Assembly (NCBI RefSeq): GCF_030684315.1
Contig: NC_081394.1
Location: 7,112,658-7,176,657 of the forward strand
DNA: 64,000 nt
Source: Stegostoma tigrinum
Lineage: Eukaryota
Direction: 5' to 3'
Below, piece by piece: positions 12,786 through 25,365 of this stretch; positions within the stretch are counted from its first letter, which is position 1; each line of letters opens with the position of its first letter. A model generated the notes under the pieces. It saw only the letters and a list, made by a program, of their open reading frames with translations. It made no database searches and was not told the origin of the DNA. Both the position numbers and the translations under genes were made by a program.

Positions 12786-13342
12786 TTGATTGTATGACAG
12801 AGTTCAGCCCATAATCAGGACTGACTGTGATTGGATCGAAGGGCAGAGCAGACCCGAGGCTGAATGGCCACCATCCTGTGGCTACATCCTGAATTTCCAC
12901 ATGGGGATTCCACCACGATTCTATAATGTGGAGGCGTGATCCAACCTTGTCCGTTTCCATCAGTGGAAAGGGATGTCCACTTGCGGTAATCGGACAATAT
13001 CACCGACAACTGGGGACAGCCAATCATCATCTTGCTTTCGAAGAGCAGAACTTAACTCTGTTCTGTCTCTCCGCACAATATATTGTGAGGGGTGCAGGCT
13101 CAATACTCAACAAGTCGTCACACGCTGTGGGAATTGGCTGTTATTCTTCAATAGAACCATAGCTCCTCCGGCAATCTGAGAATGCGGACAAAGCATTGTT
13201 TTAACTTTTCATCCTCTTTTCCATCTCTCTTTTTCTGTTTATCTGCTCTTCTATACATCTACATCAATCTGTCTGCCTTTCTACCTTCCTCTGTCAGGCT
13301 TTCTGACTTTCCCTCTTGCCTTTCTTTCTCAGTTTACCTTTA

Positions 13343-13545
13343 GATGAGATTAGATTAGATTCTAGGCAGAGTGGAAACAGGCCCTTCAGCCCAACAATTC
13401 ACTCACCGCCCCTTGGAGCATCCCACCCACACCCATTCCCCTATAACCCACACACCCCTGAACACTTTGGGCAATTTATCATGGCCGAACCACCTAGCCT
13501 GCACATCTTTGGACTGTGGGAAGAAACCAGAGCACCCGGAGGAAA
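13343..13545 (-). mobile_element. HE1-like SINE, 3' half (paralog at ~28583-28785)
   Basis: (gatta)n tail and cctagcctgcacatctttggactgtggga match the full copy at 36667-36966. Confidence 0.75.
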
Positions 13546-13715
13546 CCATCTCTTCCTCCATATATGTGTCACTCGGGCGGTCCTCTCTCTGTCCCCCACA
13601 CAGCCGGAAAAAGACCATTGAGTCTGTCTTGGTCTACATGTGTCCCACTTTCCAGCACAAGGCCATAGCCTTAAATGCTGTGCAACTTCAACTGTTCATC
13701 CAAGTGTTATTTTAA

Positions 13716-13917
13716 AGACTAACAAATTGTGGAGCTGGATGAACACAGCAGGCCAAGCAGCATCTCAGGAGCACCAAAGCTGACGTTTCGGGCCTAGACC
13801 CTTCATCTGATGTCAGCTTTTGTGCTCCTGAGATGCTGCTTGGCCTGCTGTGTTCATCCAGCTCCACACTTTGTTATCCTGGATTCTCCAGCATCTGCAG
13901 TTCCTATTATCACTGAT
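13716..13917. mobile_element. Short palindromic Penelope-derived element; the paralog at 28956-29156 has an 11-bp TSD
   Basis: Inverted arms fold at gacccttcatc|tgatgtcagc. In unit B, TTATTTTAAAG flanks both sides (28945-28955 and 29157-29167). A related host repeat without the insertion is at ~31610. Confidence 0.85.
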
Positions 13918-13954
13918 ATTATTTTTAAGGTTGCCAGGTTTCCTGCTTCAACTA

Positions 13955-14177
13955 NNNNNNNNNNNNNNNNNNNNNNNNNNNNNNNNNNNNNNNNNNNNNN
14001 NNNNNNNNNNNNNNNNNNNNNNNNNNNNNNNNNNNNNNNNNNNNNNNNNNNNNNNNNNNNNNNNNNNNNNNNNNNNNNNNNNNNNNNNNNNNNNNNNNNN
14101 NNNNNNNNNNNNNNNNNNNNNNNNNNNNNNNNNNNNNNNNNNNNNNNNNNNNNNNNNNNNNNNNNNNNNNNNNNNNN
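13955..14177. other. Assembly gap (N run)
   Basis: Run of Ns directly before a (TG)n tract. Confidence 0.98.
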
Positions 14178-14188
14178 TCCCCGTGTAT

Positions 14189-14189
<1 letters not shown>

Positions 14190-14229
<40 letters not shown>

Positions 14230-14285
14230 TGTGTGTGTGTCCGTGTATGAGTGTCTGCGTGTGTGGGTATGAGTGTCTCTGTGTC

Positions 14286-14327
<42 letters not shown>

Positions 14328-14355
14328 CATGTATGAGTGTCTGTGTGTGTGTGTA
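14190..14355. repeat. (TG)n compound microsatellite
   Basis: Directly visible. Confidence 0.95.
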
Positions 14356-14668
14356 TATAACATTTATAGCTCCAGCGTAGGCATACCATGCTGTCTCAGC
14401 CTGAGTTGTGAAACGTTGAGGAAACTTCTTAAGTTTGCTTCAGTCTTACTTTGCTTGTGTGGAAACACCGCCCTCTCTTGGCGACTGGACACATCTACAC
14501 AAGCAGAGGACAGCGTCTCGTCGTGTTCCATCCGCAATGGGACATGCTGCTGCACAGCCTCAAGACCAATATGTACATTGAGAAATGAGAGATGATTAGC
14601 AAAAAGGCTACTGCCAGAATGTTGACATTGTTATTAAACATTTGCTTCTGTACATGGGCAGCTTCATT

Positions 14669-14796
14669 TTGATGAAGGATCTGGGCCCAAAACGTCAGCT
14701 TTTGCGCTCCGAATATGCTGCTGGGCCTGCTGTGTTCATCCAGCTCTACACCTTGTTATCTCAGATTCTGCAGCATCTGCAGTTCCCATCATCCCT
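14669..14796 (+). mobile_element. Single-arm Penelope terminal fragment with 8-bp TSD
   Basis: Starts at (t)tgatgaaggatctgggcccaaaac. GCTTCATT at 14661-14668 and 14797-14804. Confidence 0.75.
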
Positions 14797-15227
14797 GCTT
14801 CATTCAGCTGTTCTTTTTTTCTCCCTCCAGAACAAGAAGCTTTGCTTGTGTTAAGATGTGCAATGAAAGAATGATTGAAAATCTTCGGTACAATGTCATT
14901 TGAAATCCAAAACACCAATTTTGTTAAAAATGCTTAAATGTTTAAATTGCATTGATCATGGAAACATACAGTTTCTTTGGCTTCCCTTTTTCTCTCTCCC
15001 TGCCTTCCCGTCTATCTTTATCAGGCTGCCTGCTTTTCTGTATCTGTCAGGAGCCGAGTAGGCAGTGTTTAGACTCAGCCTGGAACTTGTCAATGCGCTC
15101 AGTTTCTCCACTCCCCTCCCCTCCTTTTTCTTCCTCTTTCGTCTTTTTTTATGATTTTAAAGTGTTTTCTTTTCCTGCCTGGAAAACTTAACTTGGAGCA
15201 GGTAAGATCCAAAATGAAGAGGTCTCG

Positions 15228-15480
15228 GAGCCTGGAGCAGTGCAGAGTCAGCTGGAAGGCCTGGAGCAGTGCAGAGTCAGCTGGAAGCCTGGAGCAGTGC
15301 AGAGTGGGCCAGAGGCCTGGAGCAGTGCAGAGTCAGTTGGGAGGCCTGAAGCTGTGCAGATTGGGCTAGAGGCCTGGAGCAGTGCGAAGTCAGCTGGAGG
15401 CCTCGAGCAGTGCAGTGTGGGTGGCGGCCTGGACCGGTGCGGTATGGGCTGGAGGACTGGAGCGGCGCAGAGTGGACTGG
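15228..15480 (+). repeat. ~28-bp minisatellite (longer paralogous array at ~29638-29990)
   Basis: Units ggcctggagcagtgcaga followed by gtcagctgga or ttgggccaga. Confidence 0.9.
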
Positions 15481-15609
15481 AGAATTGTTGGGCCGTCTGC
15501 GCTTGAGAGGCCAGTCAAACCCTGTTTGGAAATGCTGCACTGAGCTACTACAATGTAATGTTTATCTGTAATTTGTTTATCTGACTGTGATGTTCATCTT
15601 TTTAACTAT

Positions 15610-15980
15610 GTTATAGATGATGCAAATATTTCAGCTAGGGGTCTTGTAATTTCCTCCCTGACTTCCAACAATGTTCTGGGATACATTACATCAGCTCCTG
15701 AAGATTTATCCACCTTTATATTCTCTGAAACTCCCCAAACTCCCTCTTCTGTAATGTGAACTGTTTTTAAAACATCAAAGTTTATTTCTCTGCATTGCCC
15801 AGAATCCATTCCTTTCTCCACAGTAAAATCTGTAGCAAAATATTCAGTTAATATCTCTCCCACTCCTGGGGATTAGCAGAAAGATGATCTGTTCGGTCTT
15901 TCAGAGGCCTTACCTTCTCTCGAGTTACCCTTTTGCTCTTAATTATTTGAAGACTCTCTTTGAATTATCCTTAACCATAT
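15610..15980 (-). mobile_element. CR1-clade LINE ORF2 internal fragment (paralog at ~30115-30490)
   Basis: Translation EILTEYFATDFTVEK...IKVDKSSGADVMYPRTLLEVREEITRPLAEIFASS resembles the CR1 pre-RT region (KSPGPD..PR.L.E). Confidence 0.75.
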
Positions 15981-15999
15981 CTACATTTTTCTTTTATTC

Positions 16000-16345
16000 A
16001 TTAATGGAATAAGGATGTCACTGGCTGGGGAGTATTTATTGCCCATCCCTAATTTCCCAGAGGATAGTCGAGCATCAACTACATTGCTGTGGGCCTGGAG
16101 TCACATGTAGAGCAGACCAGGTAAGGATAGCAGTTCCCTTGTCTAAAGGACATGAATGAACCAGATGAGTTTATTTTTCCTGACACTTGGCAATGGATTC
16201 ATGGTGATCATTAAATTCTTAATTCCAGACATTTTATTAAATTCAAATTCCACCATTTGCCACGGTGGGATTTCAACACGAGTCTAGAATGTTATCTGGG
16301 TCTCTGCACTAACAGACTCGCGATAATACCACTAGGCCATCGCTA
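16000..16345 (-). mobile_element. Second tRNA-headed SINE family (also ~30500-30855 and ~52175-52445)
   Basis: The minus strand begins gcgatggcctagtggtattatc (A-box) ... gttgaaatccc (B-box). Its tail (gggatgggcaataaat...cagccagtgac) resembles the 3' end of the LINE at 44.2-45.0 kb. Confidence 0.6.
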
Positions 16346-16918
16346 ATGCTATCTCACATACCGTTTCTATCCTCCTGATTTCTCTCTTAGGAATGTCCTT
16401 TCACCCTTTACATTGATTGAGATATTCAATTGAACCAAGTTGTCTCTTTTATTCTTAATGAGAACCTCAATATCCTTATTTATCCATTGTTTGGAGGGAT
16501 ATGAGCCAGGAGCTGGCAGATGGGACTAGTTTATTTGGGATTCTGTTCAGCATGGACTGGTTGGACAAAAGGGCCTGTTTCTGTGCTGTCTGTCTGAATG
16601 ACTTTTTGTCTTATCTTCCAACTTGCACTATGAATCACTGAAAGGTAATATTACTTATTTTCTTTTTATTCCTCTTTTTATATCTACGATTTGTATCTCA
16701 GATGGTGCCCTGAGCGGTGACATTGTAAACTTTTCACAGTAGTCCTACTCTTGTACTTGAGTGCACATGATAATAAAGGATATTCTAATCCCTATTTACC
16801 TCTCTATTTCTATCTTTCTGACTTTCTATCTCTCCTTGTTAATTTCTCTGCCTTTCTGTCTTCCTTCATCAGTCTTTCCTTCATCGGTTTTTCTGCTTTT
16901 ATTGTTCCTTCCACATAT

Positions 16919-16921
<3 letters not shown>

Positions 16922-16963
<42 letters not shown>

Positions 16964-16996
16964 TCTCTCTCTCCCCCCGCCCCCTCCCTCTCTCTA
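16922..16996. repeat. (CT)n microsatellite at the duplication junction
   Basis: Directly visible. Confidence 0.9.
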
Positions 16997-17565
16997 TCTA
17001 ACTACGATCGGATCAGACCCGGATAGGATTTGGGCATAGAATAAGTGGCCAGTGTTGAGAAGGACAAGCAGAGGCGGGAGCTAAGAGCATTCTGATTTGA
17101 CTGTAATAGTCTAAGTAGAATGAACAGGTGATTACTTTCAGAGAAACAGGCTTGAAAGGGAGGCCAAAAGGGAATCTGTCAAACTTCTAACATTGCACTC
17201 AACTGATACAGGCTGCAATACTGAATGTGGAGTTAATCTGTTTTCAATGCAGGGAATCAGAACTCTGAATGGAGAACTATAGCACGAAGAAAAACACTAA
17301 TGTTGGGGTCCCTGGCAAAGCTAAAGAGGGGAGAAATCTGTACCATTAATAATTGTATCAACAATATTGAATTTCTCAGTATAATTATATGTCATTGGAA
17401 AAAGAAAGTGTTTATTGCTGTTCAGAACTTTACAGCTTCATTACTGAGATAACCCCAAGCAATAGCTTCTGAACCGTGAAATGATTTATCCACCACATCA
17501 CTTACACCTGAGAGAAATCTGGTGAGGTCATGTGTTTGTTCAATTTCTTGCAAATATTCTCTATG

Positions 17566-17610
17566 ATTGGGGCACAACAATGTCAGTGGAGACTTATTTG
17601 CGATATAAAG
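17566..17610 (+). promoter_or_regulatory. Putative core promoter of GPCR copy B
   Basis: ATTGG at 17566-17570 and TATAAA at 17604-17609, same spacing as copy A. Confidence 0.5.
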
Positions 17611-17677
17611 ACCTATCAGAATGAATCTTGTCAGAGTTTTGAATGCAAAGCAAGAGAGATCACTGTCTTTCACTGAA

Positions 17678-20257
17678 ATGGATGAACTTCTATTTTTGCA
17701 GATAAAGAGCATTTATTACCCTTTAATTTCAGCTGTTGGAGTTCCAGGTAAGAGATTATCACATTTGATAATAATGTAAAACAATTGTTTGCTCTTCCAG
17801 GCATTGTTTGAATGTGTTAGACAGCTACCTACTCTGGTTCTAGTCGGCGTACGATAACTTGTTTGTTGCTGCATCAGTTTTGACAGTACAGTGTAATATC
17901 CGAATTGATCTTTCCTGATCGAAAGCTGGTATTACCACAGAGTCATTCTGTTTCCTGTATGTACTGCAATTGGATGTCTGTGTGAAGAACAGGAATCGGA
18001 AAGTCAGGAAGTGTTAACAATTTCATTTTGTGGGATTAACTTGTCGGGTAATTTTTTAAAATAAACATTCATTTAGAGAGTGATAATGTACCATGTGTTG
18101 CATGGATTTCCCAAAACTCTCATTGTCTGCAATAAAGTGTTTTGATAACTGAACCTTCTGCTGTTCGTGATGGAGAAGGCGATCATGAGGCATTGTCTCG
18201 CTTGACATTTGATTGCAGAAATTCTGGGAAAATGTAGAAATATTTCACTAATTCGAAGGGAGAGGCCTGTCCTGATTTGTGGAGCTGCAGTGATAGATAA
18301 CATTTCCATCACCCTTGACCATGGACTTTTTGAAGGTTGTGGAGGTTGTGAATTATGTTGCAAGATTCACAGGCCCGAGCGTGTATGAGTTCAGAGAAAA
18401 GGGTGTAAAAATCCAGAGCTCCCATTCAAGGGAGGGATTATGAGGTGGATCCATGAAATTTGATTTCCATGAGAGAAGAAGATGGTGATGTTGAAAAATG
18501 AAAACAGAAGGCTAGATATTGGAGTAGATGATATGCGAATAGAAGTTTTTCACTGTTCCTGTTACTTTAAAATGAATGAGTGCTGTGAATTGGCTCACAG
18601 CACACAATGCCTCTACTGCCAGTTCAGTTAAGGCAGGTCCCAACTGATATATGCAGCCCAGGATGAAAGAGAGGAGACACACGAGCCTCAGTGAAATGTG
18701 TCATTGTGTCAAAGAATGCACACATGGAATACTATTTAATTTGTATCTGCTCTTTCACACGAATGGGTACCATATCTTCCTAGGAATGGAGTTTGAATTA
18801 CACCTGAGGGAAGTTGGAGTCTTGACAGACATTATGTCTCTAATCGATTGGCTATTTGCTGAGTGGTCTGCCTTTAACTTACAGGAATTTTCAACGAATT
18901 CATGTTTAGTTTATGTTGATTTTGCTTAGAATGTTAGTCTACACATTAGAAAAAGGAAACTTTGTCTATTGATTTCTTTTTCTCCCCCCTTGGATTTTTT
19001 TAGTAGGTTTGCTTTTTTTTTGTTTTTGTCTCTGGGCAACAGGAGTCATAACACAACACATTTCAAAATTCAAGGAGAGGGAACTTATTGGGAGAATATC
19101 CAGAAGATACTTTAGATTTTTTTCATTCCATGGCAGCACAGATTAAGTGAAAAGTGTGCAGGAACAGGTGGAAACTTGGAGTATCTGGAGAAACACAGCA
19201 GTACTAACAGAGTCTTCACTGTGTTGGCTATGTTTGGATGTTGAGCTGCTTGATAGGGTGCAGGATATGAAGAAATTTTTAAAAAAATGTATACACAGCT
19301 GTTGATTTACCTTCTCTCACCTTCACTCTGCTAGTAAACCTGGTGGCTATTGTGATCCTTTACCGAGGAAAGTGTGGCCTCTCGCAATGTATCACTTCCT
19401 ACCTATTAGGAATGGCAGCCTCTGATCTTCTTGTCGTGATCACTGATCCTTTACTGAGGCGGTCAGTCGCAATTTATTTTGCAGATTCCTTCATATTCAT
19501 TACTCCTGTTTGTATTGTTATTTATTTTTCATCGGTGGCAGCCACTGTTGTTTCTGTGTGGCTCACAGTTGCTTTCACTGTGGATCGATTTGTGGCCATT
19601 TGTTGTGAGAAGCTGAAAACAAAATATTGCACCAAGAAAACTGCAACTGTGGTGATAACAACAGTGAGCTTGCTGGGCTGTTTGGAGTCTGTCCCGTGGT
19701 GCTTTGTAAAGGAACCAGAATATGTAATTAATAATGTTCCCTGGAATTGTGTAACAAAACAGAGCTTCCATACATCCCCTGGATGGGCTGCACTAGAAAT
19801 GATTCATTACATTTTAACACCTTGCATCCCTTTCTTCTTAATTTTTGTATTCAACGTTTTAACAATCAGACATATTTCTGTGGCAAGTAAAGTACGAAGA
19901 GCACTTCGGAGCAAAAGCTACACAGATGAACACAACGATCCAGAGATGAAGAATCGCAGAAAATCCGTTATTTTACTCTTGAGCATTTCTGGCAGTTTCA
20001 TCCTGTTGTGGGTGTTACACATAGCGTATATCATTTATCGACGAATTGCAGACATGCTAACATATTACACATACACTGACTCTAACTTCACCATATACGG
20101 CATCTCAAAGATGTTGCAAGTACTCAGTACCTGCACTAACACGGGTATTTATGTTGTAACCCAGAGTAAATTCAGAGAGGAGCTGAAGAATGGGGTGAAA
20201 TATCCTTTTAATCTCATCATTAAACTTCTGTCAACAGTCACACGGACACACTTGTAA
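17678..20257 (+). CDS. Class A GPCR, GPR139/GPR142-like, copy B; exons 17678-17747 and 19335-20257; 330 aa
   Basis: Same exon structure and splice sites as copy A. Exon 1 encodes MDELLFLQIKSIYYPLISAVGVP. 19 of 330 aa differ from copy A (counted by eye). Confidence 0.9.
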
Positions 20258-20310
20258 TGTTCTTCATTCTTTTTGTCCCTCTCAGCATAAACCCATATGC
20301 ACAGGCACAT

Positions 20311-20313
<3 letters not shown>

Positions 20314-20357
<44 letters not shown>
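20314..20357. repeat. (CA)n microsatellite in the 3' region of GPCR copy B (a second one at 20754-20789)
   Basis: Directly visible. Confidence 0.95.
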
Positions 20358-20359
<2 letters not shown>

Positions 20360-20749
20360 TATCTTCCATTTGCAAGATTCTCGCAGCACTATCTCAGACT
20401 GCAGACCTACAACAGAAAACACATGGTTTACCAGAGACAAGCAGAACGCACAGCGCTGGAGAGACTCAGCGAGTCTGACAGCATTTTGGACACAGAAACA
20501 GAGCGACAGTTTTGAGTACACTATCCACCTTTATTCACTTTAAATTTGTTCAACTATATCTGTGTTATAATTACATGTCTTCATTGACTCTCTTTCCGTC
20601 TCACTCTCTCACACACACATGGGCTTAAGAATATTGCATGGTCCATTCACACAAACTTTCAATATTCTTTCCTCCGGTTGACTCTCTGCATCAGACATTC
20701 TGTCTGTGCATACTCTGAGCCAGGAATGAAAAGACAATTAGATGTACAC

Positions 20750-20791
<42 letters not shown>

Positions 20792-22719
20792 CATATGGAT
20801 TGAGCAGAGGAGTCATATAAACACAGAAAGTAGGATTGGGGGTAGGCATTCAGTGCTTCAAGCCTGGTCTGCAATTCATCATCATGATGGCTGATAATCA
20901 AACTCAGTCCCCTGTTCCTGCTTTCTTCCCCATAGCACTTCCCCACGGTGCTAAAGATGGATCTCTTTAGCTCTAAGGACTATATCTATCCTCTTCCTGA
21001 AAACAGTCGATGTTCTCTTCTTGACAGTTTTCTGTGGCAATGCGCAGCGCATTGGCTTCTGCTGTTGCTGATGTCTGATTTGGTTGTAAACTGGCAAAAG
21101 AGAGGCAGACGCTTGCGAAGGGAGTATGGAGAGTCTGTTCAGGCAGACAACGAGAGAACAAGAGGACAGCCAGAGCTACAAATACATAGAAGCCCATGAG
21201 GCAGAAAGAGATATAAAGAGCGATAGAAAGCAAAGAAACACATAGCAGAACCAGTAAGGTAGAAGGGTGAAGAGGGATACCAGGCACAGAGACTGATAAC
21301 GAGATGAAGACATATTGACTGATTTAGAGAGATGGAAAGGCAGACAAACAGACAGCGAGGGATAGAAAGGGAAAGAGACAGATAAAGTGAGATAAAAGCA
21401 CATAGGCTGATAGAGAGGAAGAAAGAAAGATGGTTAAAGAGAAATAGGAATGCAGAGAAACAGAAAAGAGAAATAGAAAAGCAGAGAGACTCAGCAGGAG
21501 AGACAGAATGTCAGAGAGCCTGCTAAAGAGATAGAAAAGGCAGAGACAAGTAAAGAGATAACACAGTGTGGAGCTGGAGGAACACAGCAGGCCAGGCAGC
21601 ATCAGAAGAATAGGAAAGTTGACGTTTCAGGTCAGGACCCTTCTTCAGGTCCTACTCCTCTGATGCTGCCTGGCCTGCTGTGTTCCTCCAGCTCCACACT
21701 GTGTTATCTCTGATTCTAACATCGGCAGTTCTTAATATCTATAAGAGATAAGAATGTATGGGATTGGCGAAGAGAGATAGAAAGGTATAGAGACAGATAA
21801 AGATAGAAATACAGAGATATAGATAAATAGTCAGATAAATTTAGAGACAGGGAATACACAATATAATGGGATGCACAAAGAGAGAGAGATAGACAGAGAA
21901 GGCAAAAGCAGAAGTTGCTGAAGTGATGGAGAAACTTCTCAAACTTGCTTCTCTCCTGTTTTGGAAGTGCTGAAACACCACGCTCTGTTGGCGACCGGAC
22001 ACACTACATGGGCAGCAGCGTCACCTCAACTTCAATCCACAACGGTGCATACATTAACACAGAATCAAGCCCAATGTGAACACTGAGAAATGAGCAGTGA
22101 TTAGCAATTGGATGTGTTGTTGGAATTTTAGCATTGTTTTTAAATATTTACTTTTGCACACGGGCAGCTTCAAGCATCTGGTTTTTCCTTCTCTTCCAGA
22201 AATGAGAAGCTTTTGGAAATCTAAAACTTCCATTTTCTTAAAGAAGCTTAATTGTTTAAATGTTGCAGTGATTATTGAAATATACATAATAGAGGACACC
22301 CTTTGGTTTCTGTTTTTCTATCTCTCTTTATGTATCTCTCTCTGCTTTGCTTTCTCTCTTATCAGTCTGCCTGTCTTTATTTCTCTTCTCTTTACCTGTT
22401 ATTCTGCCTGCCTTTCTGTCTATCCATATTTATCCATCTGCCTTTCTATCTTCCTTTGTCAGTATTTTTGCCATTCTATCTCTCCTTTCTATCTCAGTTC
22501 ATCAGTTTTGCTGCCTCTGGTTCTCCTTCCATATATCTATCACTCAGTCTGTCCTTTCTTTCTCTCTCTGTAACTGCTGGAACAGATCATTGATTCAGTC
22601 CTGACAAAAATACATGATTACCTACATTAGTGCCACTTTCCAGCACTAGGCCCATAGCTTTCAATGTTGCGCCACTTCAAGTGCTCACCTAAGTATAAAT
22701 TTAATCTGTTCCAAGTCGT

Positions 22720-23250
22720 GAAATGGTTCCTGATCATTGTCTTCAGAAAGAAGGGAGGAAGGCACTCTCCCATCCCAACAAAGGTTGAGGAGAGTGGAGA
22801 GTGTCATGTTGTTAGGATTAACGATAACCAACAGTCTGCCCTGGACCTACCACGTGGATGTGATGGTCAAGAAGGCACAACAGCGCCCCTTCTTCCTCCG
22901 GCAACTCAGGAAATTTGGCATCTCCGTAAAGCCCCTTGCCAACATTCACAGATGCACATAGAAAGCATACTATTCGGCTGCATAATGGCCTGGCATGGCA
23001 TCTGTCTGCCCAGGAAACCATAGAAGGTGGTGTGCCCAGCCCAGACTGTCACGGAAGCCAACATTACATCCATGGACTGCATTTACACTTCTTATTGTCA
23101 TGGAAAAGCTGCCAACTCGGTAATGCTGTCCTACAAGCCCTTCTGTCAGGCAGAAGATATAAAGGATTGTGCAGATGCACCAACACCTTCAAGAACAGCT
23201 TCTTCTCTGCCAATATTAGACTGATGAATGGACCTCTCTAACTACAAATA
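22720..23250 (+). mobile_element. Rex1/Babar-like LINE 3' fragment (present only in unit B)
   Basis: Frameshifted translation VESVMLLGLTITNSLPW..HVDVMVKKAQQRPFFLRQLRKFG...ESILFGCIMAWHG resembles the RT C-terminus of Rex1-type elements. Confidence 0.65.
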
Positions 23251-23429
23251 ATGTTGATTTTGCTTTGTGCATCTCCTGGGCTGTGGAACCTGCAAGCCTC
23301 ACTTTGTCTAAGCATCTTGTGATCTATATGTCTCTGTTTGTTATGATCTGCCTGTACTGTTTGCAAGATAAAGCTGTACTTGTTTACATGTGACTACAAT
23401 GAATTAAATCAATTCAAGGTATCTTAGGT

Positions 23430-23680
23430 TTACACACTGTCTCTTTCTGTGTAACTCATTGTCTCTCTTCCTCTCTGTGTAACACACTGTCTCTCTCGCT
23501 CTGTGTAACTCACTGTCTCTCTTTCTCTCTGTGAAACATGCCTTGTCTCTCTTGCCCTGTGTAACTCATTGTCTCTCTCTCTCTCTCTCTCTCTGTCTGT
23601 GTAACTCAATGTCTCTCTTTCACTCTCTGTCTGTGTAACTCAATCTCACTCTCTCTCTCCATGTAACTCTCTGTCTTTCT
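23430..23680 (+). repeat. Degenerate CT-rich minisatellite (shorter version at 8175-8310)
   Basis: Recurring ctctgtgtaactca(c/t/a)tgtctct unit. Confidence 0.8.
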
Positions 23681-25206
23681 CAGTTGTGTCTGGAGACTTT
23701 CTTCCTAACTCAGTGTTTTCGATAGATTCATCTTTTAAAAGTAAAAATCCTGCTGGGCCCAGAGAAGGCAGGTAGGAAACAGAACTCAGGCCATTCAGCT
23801 CCTCGAGGTGGTGCCTACCATTCCCCAAGGATCACATGCTGATCTGATGATCACAGGCTCTGGGATTTCTCACCCTGTCCTATCAGTTGTTGTCATGGTG
23901 ATGTGGTTGTCAATGGGGACCAGATTCTAACAAACCCCTCACGGGCAGCAGGTGTCACGCTCCTGTTTTTGGCAAGATTCAGATGCAGGCCTGAATAAAA
24001 TAAATAAAGTAAAAGCAAGCAACATCCATGATTTGATGCCTCTCTGGACATTTCCTAACCTCCTGTTGAGTGTTTTCATTTCACTGAGATGGTTCTTGTC
24101 ATTTGGAATTGGGTCGCAGGCAGATTTAAAGCCTATCGGCCACACTCTGTAATTAATAAATAAAACCATCACAGGTTCACTGACATCTGGGGCTTCCTGA
24201 CTAAATGGCAGGTCACTCACTTTAAAGGGTCACTCCGTGTCCTTTCGCTGCAGTTGTTTGAGGCACCAGTTGAGGTATATAATGGCAAATTATTGCGGGT
24301 GCTGGAATCTGCACTGAAAACAACAAATGCTTGAGATCACAGCAGGTCAGGCATGGAGAGAGGATGAGCTGATGTTTTGAGTCTAGATGACATTTCTTCA
24401 GAGCTGGTGAAGTGCCAAGGGGACAACATTTATGCTGTGGCTGGGGGATCGAGTCAGAGTGCTGGGGGAGAAAGGATGCTGATAGTTCAGATTAAGAGAT
24501 CAGAATGTGGGAATGGCAGAATAATGGCTTGTCCAACTACCAGGGTGGAAGGAACTGACAGTCCCACTGGGGTGGGGGAATGGGGAAAGAGGACATGATG
24601 ACAGCGAATGTAACAAGTGAAGCTAAAAGAAAAGGTAGAAATGGGAGTTGGCTCACAATTTGAAGGTGGGGCAGCACAGTGGCTCAGTGGTTGGCACCGC
24701 TGCCTCATATCGCCAGGGACCCAGCAGCAATTCCACCCTCAGATAACTGTCTGTGTGGAGTTTGCACGTTCTCCCCATGTCTGCGTGCATTTCTGCCAGA
24801 TGCTCAAAGATGAGCAGGCGAGGCAGATTGGCGACGCTCACTTACTCATAGTATCCAGAATTGTGTAATTTAGTTGGATTAGCCATGGGAAATGCATGGG
24901 TTGCAGGGAAAATCTGGAGGGATGGGGATGGATCTGGGTGAGATGCTGTATTGAGGGGTGATGTGGACTTGTGGACCAAACGGCCTCCTTTTCTACACTG
25001 CAAGGGATTCCATATTAAGTCCAGAAGTTGTAAAGTGTGTGTATGAAGAAGAGATGTTGTTCATCCAGTTTTCAGCGAAGGTTTGTAACATCAAAACTTG
25101 CCAAGTTTCTCTCCCTCTGCTTGCGAGTTTATGATTGGTAGGCCAAGGGAGAGAGATAAAGAGAGACAGAAAAAGAGAAAGAGAGTGGACTGTTGGTTGA
25201 AGGCAG

Positions 25207-25365
25207 GTGTGACCAATAGAGAGAGTGGGACGGTGACTGAAGGTCCGTGTGACCAATAGAGAGAGGGGCCCGGTGACTGATGGACGGTATGGCCAATAGA
25301 GAGAGGGGCCCGGTGACTGAAGGCCGGTGTGACCAATAGCGAGTGTGACCGGTGACTGAAGGCGG
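25207..25365 (+). repeat. 40-bp CCAAT minisatellite, unit B copy (4 units)
   Basis: CCAAT at 25213, 25253, 25293 and 25333. Confidence 0.95.

Larger units (their letters stand above)
2735..17004 (+). repeat. Tandem segmental duplication, unit A (~14.3 kb)
   Basis: Collinear with ~17025-31491 (for example 3388/17678, 10463/25701, 16751/31269), including shared TE insertions. Several lineage-specific indels. Confidence 0.9.
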
